Shown: positions 9,731 to 20,114, numbered from the stretch's first letter. The stretch: 64,000 nucleotides of DNA from Chitinivibrionales bacterium (GCA_038247415.1 JBBRUX010000016.1:9051-73050); one strand, 5' to 3'. Numbers and translations: made by a program. Notes: generated from the letters alone by a model not told the origin.

Positions 9731-10831
9731 ATGGATCATAAACGTGCAGAAGAATTGGTTGCCGTCCATGGAACGCCGACGCTTTTTCTCTCTGAATCGC
9801 GTCTGCGGGAGACCTATCGGACACTTGCATCGGCGTTGTCGGGGGTAGAGCTTTTTTATGCTCTTAAATCTAATTGTCATCCCGATATCCTTCGCATTCT
9901 GGACCGTGAAGGTGCTAGCTTCGATGTGTGTACCGGTGGGGAAATAGAAATTTTAAAAGGGTGTGGCATTGCTGCATCCCGATGCATTCACACTCATCCT
10001 ATCAAGACCGATAAAGAAATTCAGATTGCTCTGGATTTTGGTATATCCATTTTTGTTGTTGATAATGAATTCGAGCTTGATAAATTGGTTCCTTATAAAG
10101 ACAAGGCGCGCATTTTGGTTCGTATGGCAATTCAAAATCCTGCGGCTATAGTTAATTTGTCCCATAAATTTGGCGCAAAACCAACAAAGATGTTCGACCT
10201 TATTAAAAAGGCGCATGACATGGGCCTCTCGATTGCAGGAATCAGCTTTCATGTGGGTTCACAAAGCGAAAACTCGCTTAAATACATGGAAGCGCTGGGG
10301 TATTGTCGGGATATTTGTAAAGCCGCGGCACTGGAAGGTATCCCTATTGAAATCATTGACATCGGGGGTGGATTTCCTATCAATTATATCAATGAGGCAA
10401 TTCCGATTCAACAGTTTTGTCAACCTATTAACGAATATATCGAACGCTATTTTTCTAATTACCGTGTTATTGCAGAACCAGGACGTGTTCTGAGTGGTCC
10501 GAGCATGACACTTGCCGCTACCATTGTGGGGAAATCTTTGCGCGAGGGAATCTGGTGGTATTATCTCAATGAAGGTGTGTATGGTTCATTTTCAGGAAAA
10601 ATGTATGATCATGCAGAATATCCTTTTTCCACGAAGCGACACGGTAAAAAGCATTCGTCAATTATTGCAGGCCCTACCTGCGATTCCATAGATGTTTTAT
10701 ATGAAAATATCAATTTACCCGATTTGTCAATTGGCGACATCTTGATTTTTGAATCGATGGGTGCCTATACTAATGCTAGTGCTAGTAATTTTAATGGCTT
10801 TGCTAAAGCCAAAATTGTCACAATCGATTAA
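9731..10831 (+). CDS. Fold-type III PLP ornithine/lysine decarboxylase
   Basis: FYALKSN (PLP Lys), KFGA, FHVGSQ, DIGGGFP, AEPGR, GPTCDSID, GAYT. Confidence 0.9.
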   Translation: MDHKRAEELVAVHGTPTLFLSESRLRETYRTLASALSGVELFYALKSNCHPDILRILDREGASFDVCTGGEIEILKGCGIAASRCIHTHPIKTDKEIQIALDFGISIFVVDNEFELDKLVPYKDKARILVRMAIQNPAAIVNLSHKFGAKPTKMFDLIKKAHDMGLSIAGISFHVGSQSENSLKYMEALGYCRDICKAAALEGIPIEIIDIGGGFPINYINEAIPIQQFCQPINEYIERYFSNYRVIAEPGRVLSGPSMTLAATIVGKSLREGIWWYYLNEGVYGSFSGKMYDHAEYPFSTKRHGKKHSSIIAGPTCDSIDVLYENINLPDLSIGDILIFESMGAYTNASASNFNGFAKAKIVTID

Positions 10832-10873
10832 TTACCCACTGCCGCCCAGCGGCAATAACGGTGAGGTGTTTGT

Positions 10874-11746
10874 ATGAATGATTCTCTTTCGTTTTCTTCG
10901 AGTAGCTCGTCATTGTGGATCGAAAATCTCGTTGACGGGTTAAGCGGTCTAACTATCAAGGCTAAGCATGCCGATTTTTGTGGTGCAAGTGCATTTCAAA
11001 AAATCGAAGTATTCGACACCTATTCCTACGGGCGCGTGCTCCTGCTTGCTGGTGCCATTGTGCTTACCGAACGTGACGAACATATTTACAGTGAAATGGC
11101 AACGCATCCTGCAATGCTTATGCATAAAGACCCCAAATCTGTTTGTATTATTGGTGGGGGAGATGGTGGTTGTTTACGCGAAGTACTCAAACATCAAGGC
11201 GTAGAAAAAGTATGCGTGGTAGATATCGATGCAATGGTCAAAGACGCCATTGAGACCTATTTTCCCGCACTTGCGAAGGGTTTTGCAGATCCACGGGCAA
11301 CGCTTGTTATCAACGATGGATTTAAGTTTCTCGAAAAAACAGAAGAAAAATTCGATGTTATTCTGGTGGATTCGTACGATCCGGGAGGCCCTGTGCAATC
11401 GCTTGAAACGGCAAATTTTTATCGTTTTGTCTCCGAGCATGTGGCACCAAATGGTATTGCCGTATTTCAAACAGATTCTCCGGTTATCAAGGGCGAATTT
11501 ATTCGCAGGACAGCTTTGGGAATCTCTCCTTTTTTTGCCGCCTACAAACCATGTGTGTGTACAATTTCCTCCTTTCCGGGTGGCGTATGCAGCTTCCTTG
11601 TGTGTAGCTCAAACGAGGCAGTTCTTGCCCCATTCGACGAAAAACGATACAGAAGTATTGCTGCAACGTGTCGGTATTATAACAAGGATATTCATACGGG
11701 GGCATTTTTGCTACCGCAGCATATCAGGAATTTGCTAACATTTTAA
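10874..11746 (+). CDS. speE: Polyamine aminopropyltransferase 2 (divergent)
   Basis: TERDEHIYSEMATHP, GGGDG, DID, DSYDP; LDGxxQ motif replaced by LAGAIV. Confidence 0.8.
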   Translation: MNDSLSFSSSSSSLWIENLVDGLSGLTIKAKHADFCGASAFQKIEVFDTYSYGRVLLLAGAIVLTERDEHIYSEMATHPAMLMHKDPKSVCIIGGGDGGCLREVLKHQGVEKVCVVDIDAMVKDAIETYFPALAKGFADPRATLVINDGFKFLEKTEEKFDVILVDSYDPGGPVQSLETANFYRFVSEHVAPNGIAVFQTDSPVIKGEFIRRTALGISPFFAAYKPCVCTISSFPGGVCSFLVCSSNEAVLAPFDEKRYRSIAATCRYYNKDIHTGAFLLPQHIRNLLTF

Positions 11747-11805
11747 GGCGCTCAATACGTGTTGATGCGCTATTGGACGGAACATTTTTCGTAAGGTAAA
11801 GACGC

Positions 11806-13290
11806 ATGAAAGATAAGAACTACGATTCTTTTTTTGATGAGAATCCCGAAGAGCAAAATAAACAAGATGCCCTTTTAGCATTGGTGGAAGAGCATACTGT
11901 CCCTCTCAAAATGAATGCTGCACGCGGTAAAAAAGTTACTGGTACGGTAGTGCGTATTGGTTTCGAATATCTATTTATTGATATAGGGACAAAAAATGAG
12001 GCCGTGATGTCGCGGGCAGAGTATCTTGCCGAAGATGGCACCGTGACATGTGCTTTAGGCGATACGATAACAGCTTTTGTCATTTCTACCAATGATAGCG
12101 AAACGATCCTCTCAAAATCGATGGGGACAAGTGGCGGAACTTCCGATCTTATCGATGCCATGAAGGCCTCTATTCCGGTTATGGGCAAGGTATCTGCTGT
12201 CAATAAAGGTGGGCTAACCGTAACGCTCATGGGAAAAAGAGCCTTTTGTCCAATAAGCCAGATAGACCTTAAGTTTGTTGATGATGTAAATGTGTACTTG
12301 GGTAAATCGTTTCCCTTTATTATCCAGCGCGTAACCGAAGGTGGCAATAATGTTGTGGTAAGCCGTGTGCCAGTTTTAGAACGGGAGCTTTCCGAACAGA
12401 TACAAAAATTAAATGCCGATATCGAATCGCAGAAGGTATTTGAAGGCAAAATTACCCGTATTGCTCCTTTTGGTTTGTTTGTTGACATTGGGCCACTTGA
12501 GGGTCTTGTTCATATTTCTGAAGTATCATGGGATCGCACCGAAAAACTTGAAACGCTCTATTCTGTTGGGCAGCGCCTTTCATGTATAATTTTATCTATA
12601 GATCTTAAAACTCCTGTACGCGATTCCAAGGTATCCCTTTCCATGCGCAAGGTGATGGGGGATCCTTGGTCCGTTATTCATCAAACATTTCAGGTTGGGC
12701 AGTCTGTGGCGGGGCACGTTACGCGCCTGGCGGATTTTGGTGCATTTGTCCGATTAACAAGTGGCATTGAGGGACTTGTTCATATTTCCGAAATGACCTG
12801 GGGAAAAAGAATACATCATCCAAAAGAAGTGGTTTTGGAAGGTGCCGATGTCATGGTTACTATTTTAGCAATTGACACCGATAAAAAAACCATATCACTC
12901 ACGCTTAAAGATGAAACTGCCGATCCCTGGAAAGAAGCAGAAACAACCTACCGCACCGGTACCGTGCACACCGGAACTGTTACCGGACAAGCGCGCTTTG
13001 GTTTTTTCCTCGATCTGTCGTTTGGCATAAGCGGCCTTTTGTTGCATCAGAACATAGATCCAGCAAAAAAGGATGCCGTTAAAATTGGTGCAACTATAGA
13101 AGTTACCGTAGAGAGTTTTGATTCGGCGCAACGCCGCATTGGTCTTTCGTATGGTAAACGGGAAGTACAACAGAATGAAGCTGAAGTAGCAGAACTTTTG
13201 TCTAAGTTGGAATCCGAGAAAAAGGTTTCAACACAAGAAGCATCTGAGTTTGGATCTGCACTACTAGCTGCAATGAATAAAAAGAATTAA
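11806..13290 (+). CDS. rpsA: Ribosomal protein S1 / multi-S1-domain protein
   Basis: Repeated S1 motifs (FGLFVDIG..EGLVHISEVSW; FGAFVRL..IEGLVHISEMTW). Confidence 0.75.
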   Translation: MKDKNYDSFFDENPEEQNKQDALLALVEEHTVPLKMNAARGKKVTGTVVRIGFEYLFIDIGTKNEAVMSRAEYLAEDGTVTCALGDTITAFVISTNDSETILSKSMGTSGGTSDLIDAMKASIPVMGKVSAVNKGGLTVTLMGKRAFCPISQIDLKFVDDVNVYLGKSFPFIIQRVTEGGNNVVVSRVPVLERELSEQIQKLNADIESQKVFEGKITRIAPFGLFVDIGPLEGLVHISEVSWDRTEKLETLYSVGQRLSCIILSIDLKTPVRDSKVSLSMRKVMGDPWSVIHQTFQVGQSVAGHVTRLADFGAFVRLTSGIEGLVHISEMTWGKRIHHPKEVVLEGADVMVTILAIDTDKKTISLTLKDETADPWKEAETTYRTGTVHTGTVTGQARFGFFLDLSFGISGLLLHQNIDPAKKDAVKIGATIEVTVESFDSAQRRIGLSYGKREVQQNEAEVAELLSKLESEKKVSTQEASEFGSALLAAMNKKN

Positions 13291-13303
13291 CGAGGAGTTT
13301 GTC

Positions 13304-14278
13304 ATGAAGGTTCTGGTTATTGGTGGTGCTGGATACATTGGAAGTCATGTCGTTCGTGCATTACTTGACGCGGGCAATACTGTAACGGTATTTGATAATT
13401 TATCGAGTGGATCAGAGGGAAATCTTTTTAAGGAAGCAACGTTTTTTAAAGGAGATATCCTTACCAGCTCAGATCTAGCGAAGGCAATGGCACAAGGGTT
13501 CGATGGAATGGTTCATTTGGCGGCATTTAAGGCTGCCGGAGAATCGATGACAAATCCCGAAAAATATTCGGTCAATAATATTACTGGAACGCTTAATATT
13601 ATTAATGCTGCATGCGCTGCTGATATTAAAAATATGGTTTTTTCGTCGTCGGCTGCGGTATATGGTGAACCTCAGTATTGTCCAATTGACGAAGCGCATC
13701 CGGTAAATCCTGAAAATTATTATGGATTTACAAAATTAGAAATAGAGCGATTTTTGGCATGGTACGATAAGCTCAAATCCCTTCGGTATGCAGCTCTGCG
13801 GTATTTTAATGCGGCTGGCTATGATCCGCAAGGGCGTATTAGTGGGCTCGAACGTAATCCTGCAAATCTTCTTCCCATTGTTATGGAAGCTGCTATTGGC
13901 ATGCGCGATCATATCGATTTATTTGGCAACGATTATGCAACACCCGATGGAACCTGCATTCGTGATTATGTGCATGTCTCGGATCTTGCTAATGCACATG
14001 TAGCAGCCCTTAATCATATTTCCACAACCAACACTTCGCTTCTTGTTAATCTGGGATCTGAAGTGGGTATCAGCGTGACAGAAATGATTGATGTAGCCCG
14101 AAAAATTACCGGTAAACCAATTCCTGTCGTTATTAAAGGCCGGAGGGCCGGAGATCCTGCAAAGCTTGTTGCTTCTGCCAAAAAAGCGCATGAGGTACTT
14201 AACTTTAAGGCACAGCACAGTTCGGTTGAGTCGTTAATTGAGACAACTTGGAAAGTGTATTTGGCTAATAATAAGTAA
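13304..14278 (+). CDS. galE: UDP-glucose 4-epimerase
   Basis: GGAGYIGSH, SSSAAVYG, YGFTK, RYFNAAG, DGTCIRDYVHV. Confidence 0.95.
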   Translation: MKVLVIGGAGYIGSHVVRALLDAGNTVTVFDNLSSGSEGNLFKEATFFKGDILTSSDLAKAMAQGFDGMVHLAAFKAAGESMTNPEKYSVNNITGTLNIINAACAADIKNMVFSSSAAVYGEPQYCPIDEAHPVNPENYYGFTKLEIERFLAWYDKLKSLRYAALRYFNAAGYDPQGRISGLERNPANLLPIVMEAAIGMRDHIDLFGNDYATPDGTCIRDYVHVSDLANAHVAALNHISTTNTSLLVNLGSEVGISVTEMIDVARKITGKPIPVVIKGRRAGDPAKLVASAKKAHEVLNFKAQHSSVESLIETTWKVYLANNK

Positions 14279-14308
14279 TTTTTTTTAAGCGGTAAGTTGA
14301 TTAATGAT

Positions 14309-14346
14309 ATCTCTCTACAAAAATGTTTTGTAGAGAGATTTTTTTT
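14309..14346 (+). terminator. Intrinsic terminator between convergent genes
   Basis: Perfect ATCTCTCTACAAAA-ATG-TTTTGTAGAGAGAT followed by a T-run. Confidence 0.8.
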
Positions 14347-15076
14347 ATCGTAAGCGAGGCATCGCTTTAGTAATTGCGGCAGAAAGAGCCTTGATCGCCG
14401 GCGGGGCATAAAATTGCCGCGAAAAGGTAACAAGGTCATCGTTCTTTGGTTTTTCTTTTTTAAAGAGAGAGTACAGAACCGGTTTTCCAGAAGAGCTCTG
14501 TTCCACTGATTCGTAAACAATCTCGCCGAGGGCATTATAAATTTGCATTTGGAATTGAGTTTGCGCTGAATAGGAAATGGGCCGCTCGTATACGCCCCCA
14601 TTGTTTCGCCATGAGGGCGGTTGATACACGCGATGGATAATGGTGCAAGCATAGGGAATTGCAACATACCCAGAAGTACAAGCGTTGGCAATATGCTTGA
14701 TATAGTTAATGAATGCAGTATCGGGCACCTGTTTGGCGCCAAGCATCGAAGGCACTTGAACTGACTGCCGATGCAGCGAATCGGTGATACTGCTGTAACT
14801 TCTTTTAAAAGCAAATCGCTTTGCAAGCTCGTAGGGAACCAATCCATTAATGGCCGAAATAAAAAACGAATCGGAAAATTGTCTAATTGGTTCGATGCGC
14901 GTGTTGTCGAAATATTTACTTGTCAAGGTCGATATCGGCACGTATACAATCGAGCTAGTTTGCCCTGTTCTCAGCGGGCTTCGTGGGTTTTCGTAAAGAG
15001 TTTGGGCCCCCTGTACCACTATGCAAATGCCACAGAGTAGTAGGGTGCCACTCAAGATTTTTTTAAAGACTCCCAT
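14345..15076 (-). CDS. Hypothetical exported protein
   Basis: 243-aa ORF with signal-peptide-like N-terminus, directly downstream of prfB. Confidence 0.65.
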   Translation of the reverse strand: MGVFKKILSGTLLLCGICIVVQGAQTLYENPRSPLRTGQTSSIVYVPISTLTSKYFDNTRIEPIRQFSDSFFISAINGLVPYELAKRFAFKRSYSSITDSLHRQSVQVPSMLGAKQVPDTAFINYIKHIANACTSGYVAIPYACTIIHRVYQPPSWRNNGGVYERPISYSAQTQFQMQIYNALGEIVYESVEQSSSGKPVLYSLFKKEKPKNDDLVTFSRQFYAPPAIKALSAAITKAMPRLR

Positions 15077-15104
15077 GTACGTAAGCCTCGCTTATAGAAA
15101 GTGT

Positions 15105-16203
15105 TTATTGAAATTCGAGAAGGTATTTTTCGATAAACATATGGATATCTCCATCTAAAACACCTTGTGTATTTGACGTTTCTGCTTCGGTTCTGTGGTC
15201 TTTGACCATATTATAGGGATGCAAGACATAACTGCGTATTTGAGAACCCCACTCGATCTTTTTCTTTTCTAAGAGTTTACCCGATCGCTCTTTTTCTTCT
15301 TGCTCTTTTGTATATTGACGAACGCGAGCTTTAAGCATGCGCATACACGTAGCCCGGTTCTTGATCTGGGATCGTTCATTTTGACACTGGACAACAATAT
15401 TTGTAGGAATATGGGTCATGCGGACAGCAGAGTCGGTTTTGTTGATGTGCTGGCCACCCGCACCGCTTGCGCGATAGGTGTCGATACGTATTTCATTTTC
15501 ATCGATTTCAAAATCACCGGTTTCTTCGACCAGAGGATATGAATATACCGAAGAGAATGAGGTGTGCCGGCGAGCATTACTATCAAACGGGGAGATTCGT
15601 ACGAGTCTATGTACGCCACACTCTGCTCGTAAATGGCCATACACATACGATCCTTGCACTTCCATTTCGACACTTTTAATACCCGCTTCTTCGCCGGGCT
15701 GAATATCCATAATGGTATATGAAAAACCTTTTCGTTCCATCCAACGACAGTACATCCGAAAGAGCATATCGGTCCAGTCGCAGGATTCTGTTCCGCCTGC
15801 ACCGCTATGAATCGAAAGAATAGCAGGGGAATCATCATCTTCACCCGAGAGCATGCGCAAAAATTCGAGATTGTCGATTGCTTTGCCAATTGCCGCTGTT
15901 TCCTGGGCTACTTCAGCCAGCGTTTCTTCATCGTTCTCTGCAATTGCAAGCTCATACAGCCCAATTGCATCTTCACACATTTGATGGACTCGTTGCCAAT
16001 TATCAATAGATTTTTTAAGATCTTTTATTTTTTTAGAAACTTCTTGTGCTTTTTTGGAGCTATTCCAGAATTCGGGGTCTGTCGTTAGTGATTCGAGGGT
16101 ACGCATTTCAGAGGATTTTGCCTCTATGTCAAAGATACCCCCGTAGGTTTGCAATGCGCTCGCTCATAGTCTTAAGAGTACTGTTGTCAATAAAGGTAGC
16201 CAT
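15105..16203 (-). CDS. prfB: Peptide chain release factor 2, with programmed +1 frameshift
   Basis: SPF and GGQ motifs; upstream frame MATFIDNSTLKTMSERIANLRGYL ends at CTT TGA C (16134-16128). Confidence 0.96.
16128..16143 (-). promoter_or_regulatory. prfB +1 frameshift site with internal SD-like sequence
   Basis: CGGGGG TAT CTT TGA C on the minus strand. Confidence 0.93.
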
Positions 16204-16402
16204 AGCAAAAATGCTCCATGAAAAGGTTATCGGTCATCAAAAAAAACACCAGATAAAATACATACTGCAAGCATAAGAACCGTGCAATTAAACGAGCCCA
16301 TGAAAAAATTCTGAAATGTAGAGCAAAATGTTGTGTGAGAAATCATTTTTGTAAGAAGTACTTTGTTTCATCGCATCAAACCTTACTCAGGGATACTCTT
16401 GT

Positions 16403-17596
16403 ATGGCCCCACAGTCTGTTAGAGTTGGCTTAGAAGTGTTTCTCGAATCGTTTCCAAAATCGCTTAAGGGAAAACGCCTGGGCGTTCTGTGTCATCATGC
16501 TTCGGTTGTTCAGGATTATCAGCATATTGTCGATCTGCTTGCTGCGCGTTCCGATTGCACCCTCGGAGCACTTTTTGGTCCGCAACATGGGCTTTATGGT
16601 CAAACCCAAGATAATATGGTTGAGTGGGAAGGGGAGTTGCATCCTCGCCTCCAAATTCCTGTGTATAGCTTATACGGGAAAAACAGAACCCCCACCATGC
16701 CTATGCTGCAACATATCGATGCCCTGATTATCGATCTGATGGACGTTGGTGCGCGTCCGTATACGTATGTCTGGACTATCAAGAATTGCTGTATTGCGTG
16801 TGCCGAAGCGGGAATCCCAATTTTTATTCTCGATCGTCCTAACCCAATTGGTTTACTAGCGCTCGATGGCCCTATGCTTTCCAAAGAATATTTTTCGTTT
16901 GTGGGAGGGGCAGAAATTCCGTTGTGTCACAAAATGACACTCGGAGAAATTGCTCTTTTTGTCAAACAAGAATATATTCCTGCCGTGGAACTTCATGTTG
17001 TGCGGATGGAAGGCTGGAAACGCGACTCGTTATTTAGCGATACTGGATTATCGTGGGTATTCCCGTCGCCGAATATGCCGATGCTTGATACAGCACTCGT
17101 GTACCCAGGACAAGTCCTTTTGGAAGCTACTAATCTTTCTGAAGGGCGTGGAACAACGCGACCCTTTGAAATTTGCGGGGCGCCATACTTAGACCAGCAT
17201 CTGTTTTTAGAAAAATTAAATAAGTCTAATTTACCAGGTGTTGTATTTCGTGAACATGGGTTTATTCCAACATTCCAGAAATGGGCAGGAATAATGTGTG
17301 CCGGCATTCAGATGCATGTTACCAATCCGGCGAAATATGTGCCGGTAGTAACTACTGCAGCATTACTTGTTGCTGCCAAAGAAGCTTCTGCTGGAGCATT
17401 TGCCTTTAAAGAGCCCCCGTACGAATACGAAACAGTAAAGATGCCATTTGACATTTTGGCAGGGGATGATAGTTTTCGTACTGCGATAAATGCCGGTGTC
17501 GATCCGCAAGAATTGCGAGAAGGATGGAAAAAAAGTTACAAAGCATTTGCCGAAGGCTCATCTTCCTGGACGCTTTATGGGGAGATCGACTCGTGA
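16403..17596 (+). CDS. DUF1343 / NamZ-like exo-beta-N-acetylmuramidase
   Basis: LFGPQHG, YSLYG, DVGARPYTY, LDRPNP, PSPNMP, SEGRGTTRPFE. Confidence 0.88.
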   Translation: MAPQSVRVGLEVFLESFPKSLKGKRLGVLCHHASVVQDYQHIVDLLAARSDCTLGALFGPQHGLYGQTQDNMVEWEGELHPRLQIPVYSLYGKNRTPTMPMLQHIDALIIDLMDVGARPYTYVWTIKNCCIACAEAGIPIFILDRPNPIGLLALDGPMLSKEYFSFVGGAEIPLCHKMTLGEIALFVKQEYIPAVELHVVRMEGWKRDSLFSDTGLSWVFPSPNMPMLDTALVYPGQVLLEATNLSEGRGTTRPFEICGAPYLDQHLFLEKLNKSNLPGVVFREHGFIPTFQKWAGIMCAGIQMHVTNPAKYVPVVTTAALLVAAKEASAGAFAFKEPPYEYETVKMPFDILAGDDSFRTAINAGVDPQELREGWKKSYKAFAEGSSSWTLYGEIDS

Positions 17597-18522
17597 AAGG
17601 GTTTGTACTTGCTGCTGGGTTTGGCACACGCCTCAAACCGCTCACCGATCATATCCCTAAGGCACTTTCTAAGGTGTGCGGCGTTCCCTTGCTTTCGTAT
17701 TGGCTCGAAAAATTGGCTGCTTCGTCAATTGAATCTATTATTGTCAATACTCATTATTGCGCAGACCAAATTCTTGCTCATCAAAAAGCTTCTCCGGTTT
17801 CCTACGTTTGCTCGCATGAATATCCCGATATTTTAGGGACGGGAGGGGCATTGTACCATGCACGGGCATTTCTTATTGAAGATGAGTGTTGCATTGTGTG
17901 CAATGTTGATATTGTGACAGATGTAAACCTAACAGAAATAGTGCAACAATTCCGTGCCTCGGGGCTTATGGTGGGTTTGGTGGCAACAAAACCTGCAGGT
18001 AAAGGAACCATCTATATTGATGCAACAAACGGTGCATATAAAGGAACTATCAAGAAGCCACTTGATAGTCAAGCATGGGACACCTTGGATTTTATTGGGA
18101 TTACGCTCTATCGTCGTGAGTTTTTTAACTTTTTAACGAGCCAAGATTTTTCGGTTGTTGATGTTTGGAATAGACTTGCACACGGCGGAAATCCAATTGG
18201 TGTCATTACGACTACGCAATGCTATTGGCACGATACGGGCACCCCACATGAGTTGGCAGCAGCGTATTTTGACATTCTGGCGGGAAAGCTTTCGTGGCAG
18301 ATACCTGCATCGATGCATCTTGACACAACGCTGCAATGTGCATGGCCTGCAGCCATGGGTTGCACTCCCCCGGTTTTTTTGAAAGAGCGTTGTTGGATAG
18401 AATCGATTCCTCCGTCAGGTGATAGTTGTTATTCGAATTGTATAATACTTGCAGAGAGCAAAGATATTAACCGCACCATCGATCATGAAATGGTAACACC
18501 GTATGGAAATTTCGTTTGCTGA
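17593..18522 (+). CDS. Sugar-phosphate nucleotidyltransferase (MurU-like)
   Basis: LAAGFGTRLKPLT..PK, LGTGG, NVD, WHDTGT; GTG start overlaps the upstream stop. Confidence 0.8.
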   Translation: MKGFVLAAGFGTRLKPLTDHIPKALSKVCGVPLLSYWLEKLAASSIESIIVNTHYCADQILAHQKASPVSYVCSHEYPDILGTGGALYHARAFLIEDECCIVCNVDIVTDVNLTEIVQQFRASGLMVGLVATKPAGKGTIYIDATNGAYKGTIKKPLDSQAWDTLDFIGITLYRREFFNFLTSQDFSVVDVWNRLAHGGNPIGVITTTQCYWHDTGTPHELAAAYFDILAGKLSWQIPASMHLDTTLQCAWPAAMGCTPPVFLKERCWIESIPPSGDSCYSNCIILAESKDINRTIDHEMVTPYGNFVC

Positions 18523-19528
18523 TTCAGAACCGATCGTTTTAACTCCTGCTCAACAAGCTTTTGTACTTGAGCATCGGCCAGATTTTGCGCCACAAACTCA
18601 TATTGTGACATTAGCAGGGTATGCAGGTTCCGATCGCCGATTTTATCGGATCAGTCCCATTGTAGCGCCAGCTCAATCGGTTATTCTTATGGTGTGGCAA
18701 AGCATCGACCCCGATTGGCACCGCTTTATAGAAATCCCTGGTGAAATCGGGAATTGTGCGCGTTTCTTGCCCCAGATATATGCTGTTGATGAACCCCATG
18801 GTCTCGTTATCGAAGAAGATCTGGGAGATATCACGCTGTGCAGTCATTGTTTACGGCACGGAGATGATGGCCGGGTAGCACTAGCGAACTATCAACGTGT
18901 GATTGATGCCCTTATTGCCTGGCAAGAAATCGATGTAGAGCATGCACCAACAATCAGCAGCCGATCTATGGACGAAGAAATGTTCATTTGGGAAAGTGAT
19001 TATTTTGCGCTTCACTGTGTAAGCGAATTTTATGGCTGCGACAAAGGGCTTTCGGGTGAGTGGCACAAAGAACGACTTGCGCTCGCGTCAATGGCGTCTC
19101 GCTTTCAAACAGTCTGTATACACCGCGATTTTCAATCCGAAAATATTTTGCTCGATAATGATGCAATCCGATTTGTGGATTATCAAGGCGCCCGTCGTGG
19201 TCCACGGGGATACGATTTGGCTTCTCTGATTTATGATCCGTATGTAGATGTGCTTACCCCCTCTTTTTCTTTGCAGTGCTTTGAATACTATCAATCGATG
19301 AGCCGCTACCAAATCTCGCAAGAGGAGTTTAATGTGTGTGCTGCGCAACGATTAATGCAAGCACTTGGAGCGTATGGCAATTTGTCAATTCATAAAGGAA
19401 AAGACCGCTACCGTCAATTTCTCCCCGTTGCTCTTAAGCGGTTGCATCACGTTTTGTCTGCAATGGACGACGTAACGCATCTTACAGGGGTTGTTGCCGC
19501 ATGTATAGAAAAAAGCAGCATGGCCTAA
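18503..19528 (+). CDS. APH-family phosphotransferase (AmgK-like anomeric MurNAc/GlcNAc kinase)
   Basis: GSDRRFYR, EDLGD, HRDFQSENI, DYQGAR.GP..YDLASL, QRLMQALG. Confidence 0.85.
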   Translation: MEISFADSEPIVLTPAQQAFVLEHRPDFAPQTHIVTLAGYAGSDRRFYRISPIVAPAQSVILMVWQSIDPDWHRFIEIPGEIGNCARFLPQIYAVDEPHGLVIEEDLGDITLCSHCLRHGDDGRVALANYQRVIDALIAWQEIDVEHAPTISSRSMDEEMFIWESDYFALHCVSEFYGCDKGLSGEWHKERLALASMASRFQTVCIHRDFQSENILLDNDAIRFVDYQGARRGPRGYDLASLIYDPYVDVLTPSFSLQCFEYYQSMSRYQISQEEFNVCAAQRLMQALGAYGNLSIHKGKDRYRQFLPVALKRLHHVLSAMDDVTHLTGVVAACIEKSSMA

Positions 19529-19684
19529 CCTCTTAGAATGCTCTCAAAATGCAGAGCTAGTTCCAACGAGTTGGCCTTGCACACGCATAATTCATTTAAT
19601 TGCGTATTAAGTTGCTTTGAGGCAGGTTCGCATAGCATTTTCATAGTATGTTTTTTTGTACCATTTTTTGCAAAGGATGAATCT

Positions 19685-20074
19685 ATGAACCGAATCAAGA
19701 ATCTCATTGCTTTGGGTTGTTTAAGTATGCTTGCAGCGTGTGGGTCTCAATCGCCCGTATTAATGCAGGTGTCGGGCAATACTGCCCAGGCACTCAAAGC
19801 ACAATGCGCTCAGGCTATGGTGCAGGGGCCAGAAATCAAACTGGCAGATTCATTGGTTTCTTCTGCAGCTCTGTTAGCAGAAAAGAAAAAGATGGTTGAA
19901 GCTATTCAAACCTATGACAATGCCACCGTGCTTTATAGAATTGCTCTTCTTCGACGTGAGCAATTGGTTGCGGAAAAGGATATTCAAAATCTTGAGAAGT
20001 CGGTTTCTATGGCTCAATCTCAACGGGATACGTATAATCGGGTTTTGGTTGAACTTAAAAACATGAAGAAATAG
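19685..20074 (+). CDS. Helical lipoprotein (DUF4398-like), partner of downstream OmpA
   Basis: Lipobox LAAC; coiled-coil C-terminus. Confidence 0.65.
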   Translation: MNRIKNLIALGCLSMLAACGSQSPVLMQVSGNTAQALKAQCAQAMVQGPEIKLADSLVSSAALLAEKKKMVEAIQTYDNATVLYRIALLRREQLVAEKDIQNLEKSVSMAQSQRDTYNRVLVELKNMKK

Positions 20075-20114
20075 TATTTGTTCCTTACTGTAAACTTTTT
20101 TAAAAGGAAAAATT

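Noticed and set aside
11820..12488. 222-aa antisense ORF, and similar long antisense ORFs (14014-14847, 42293-42898, 5144-5668)
   Set aside because: Overlap well-supported genes and show no protein motifs
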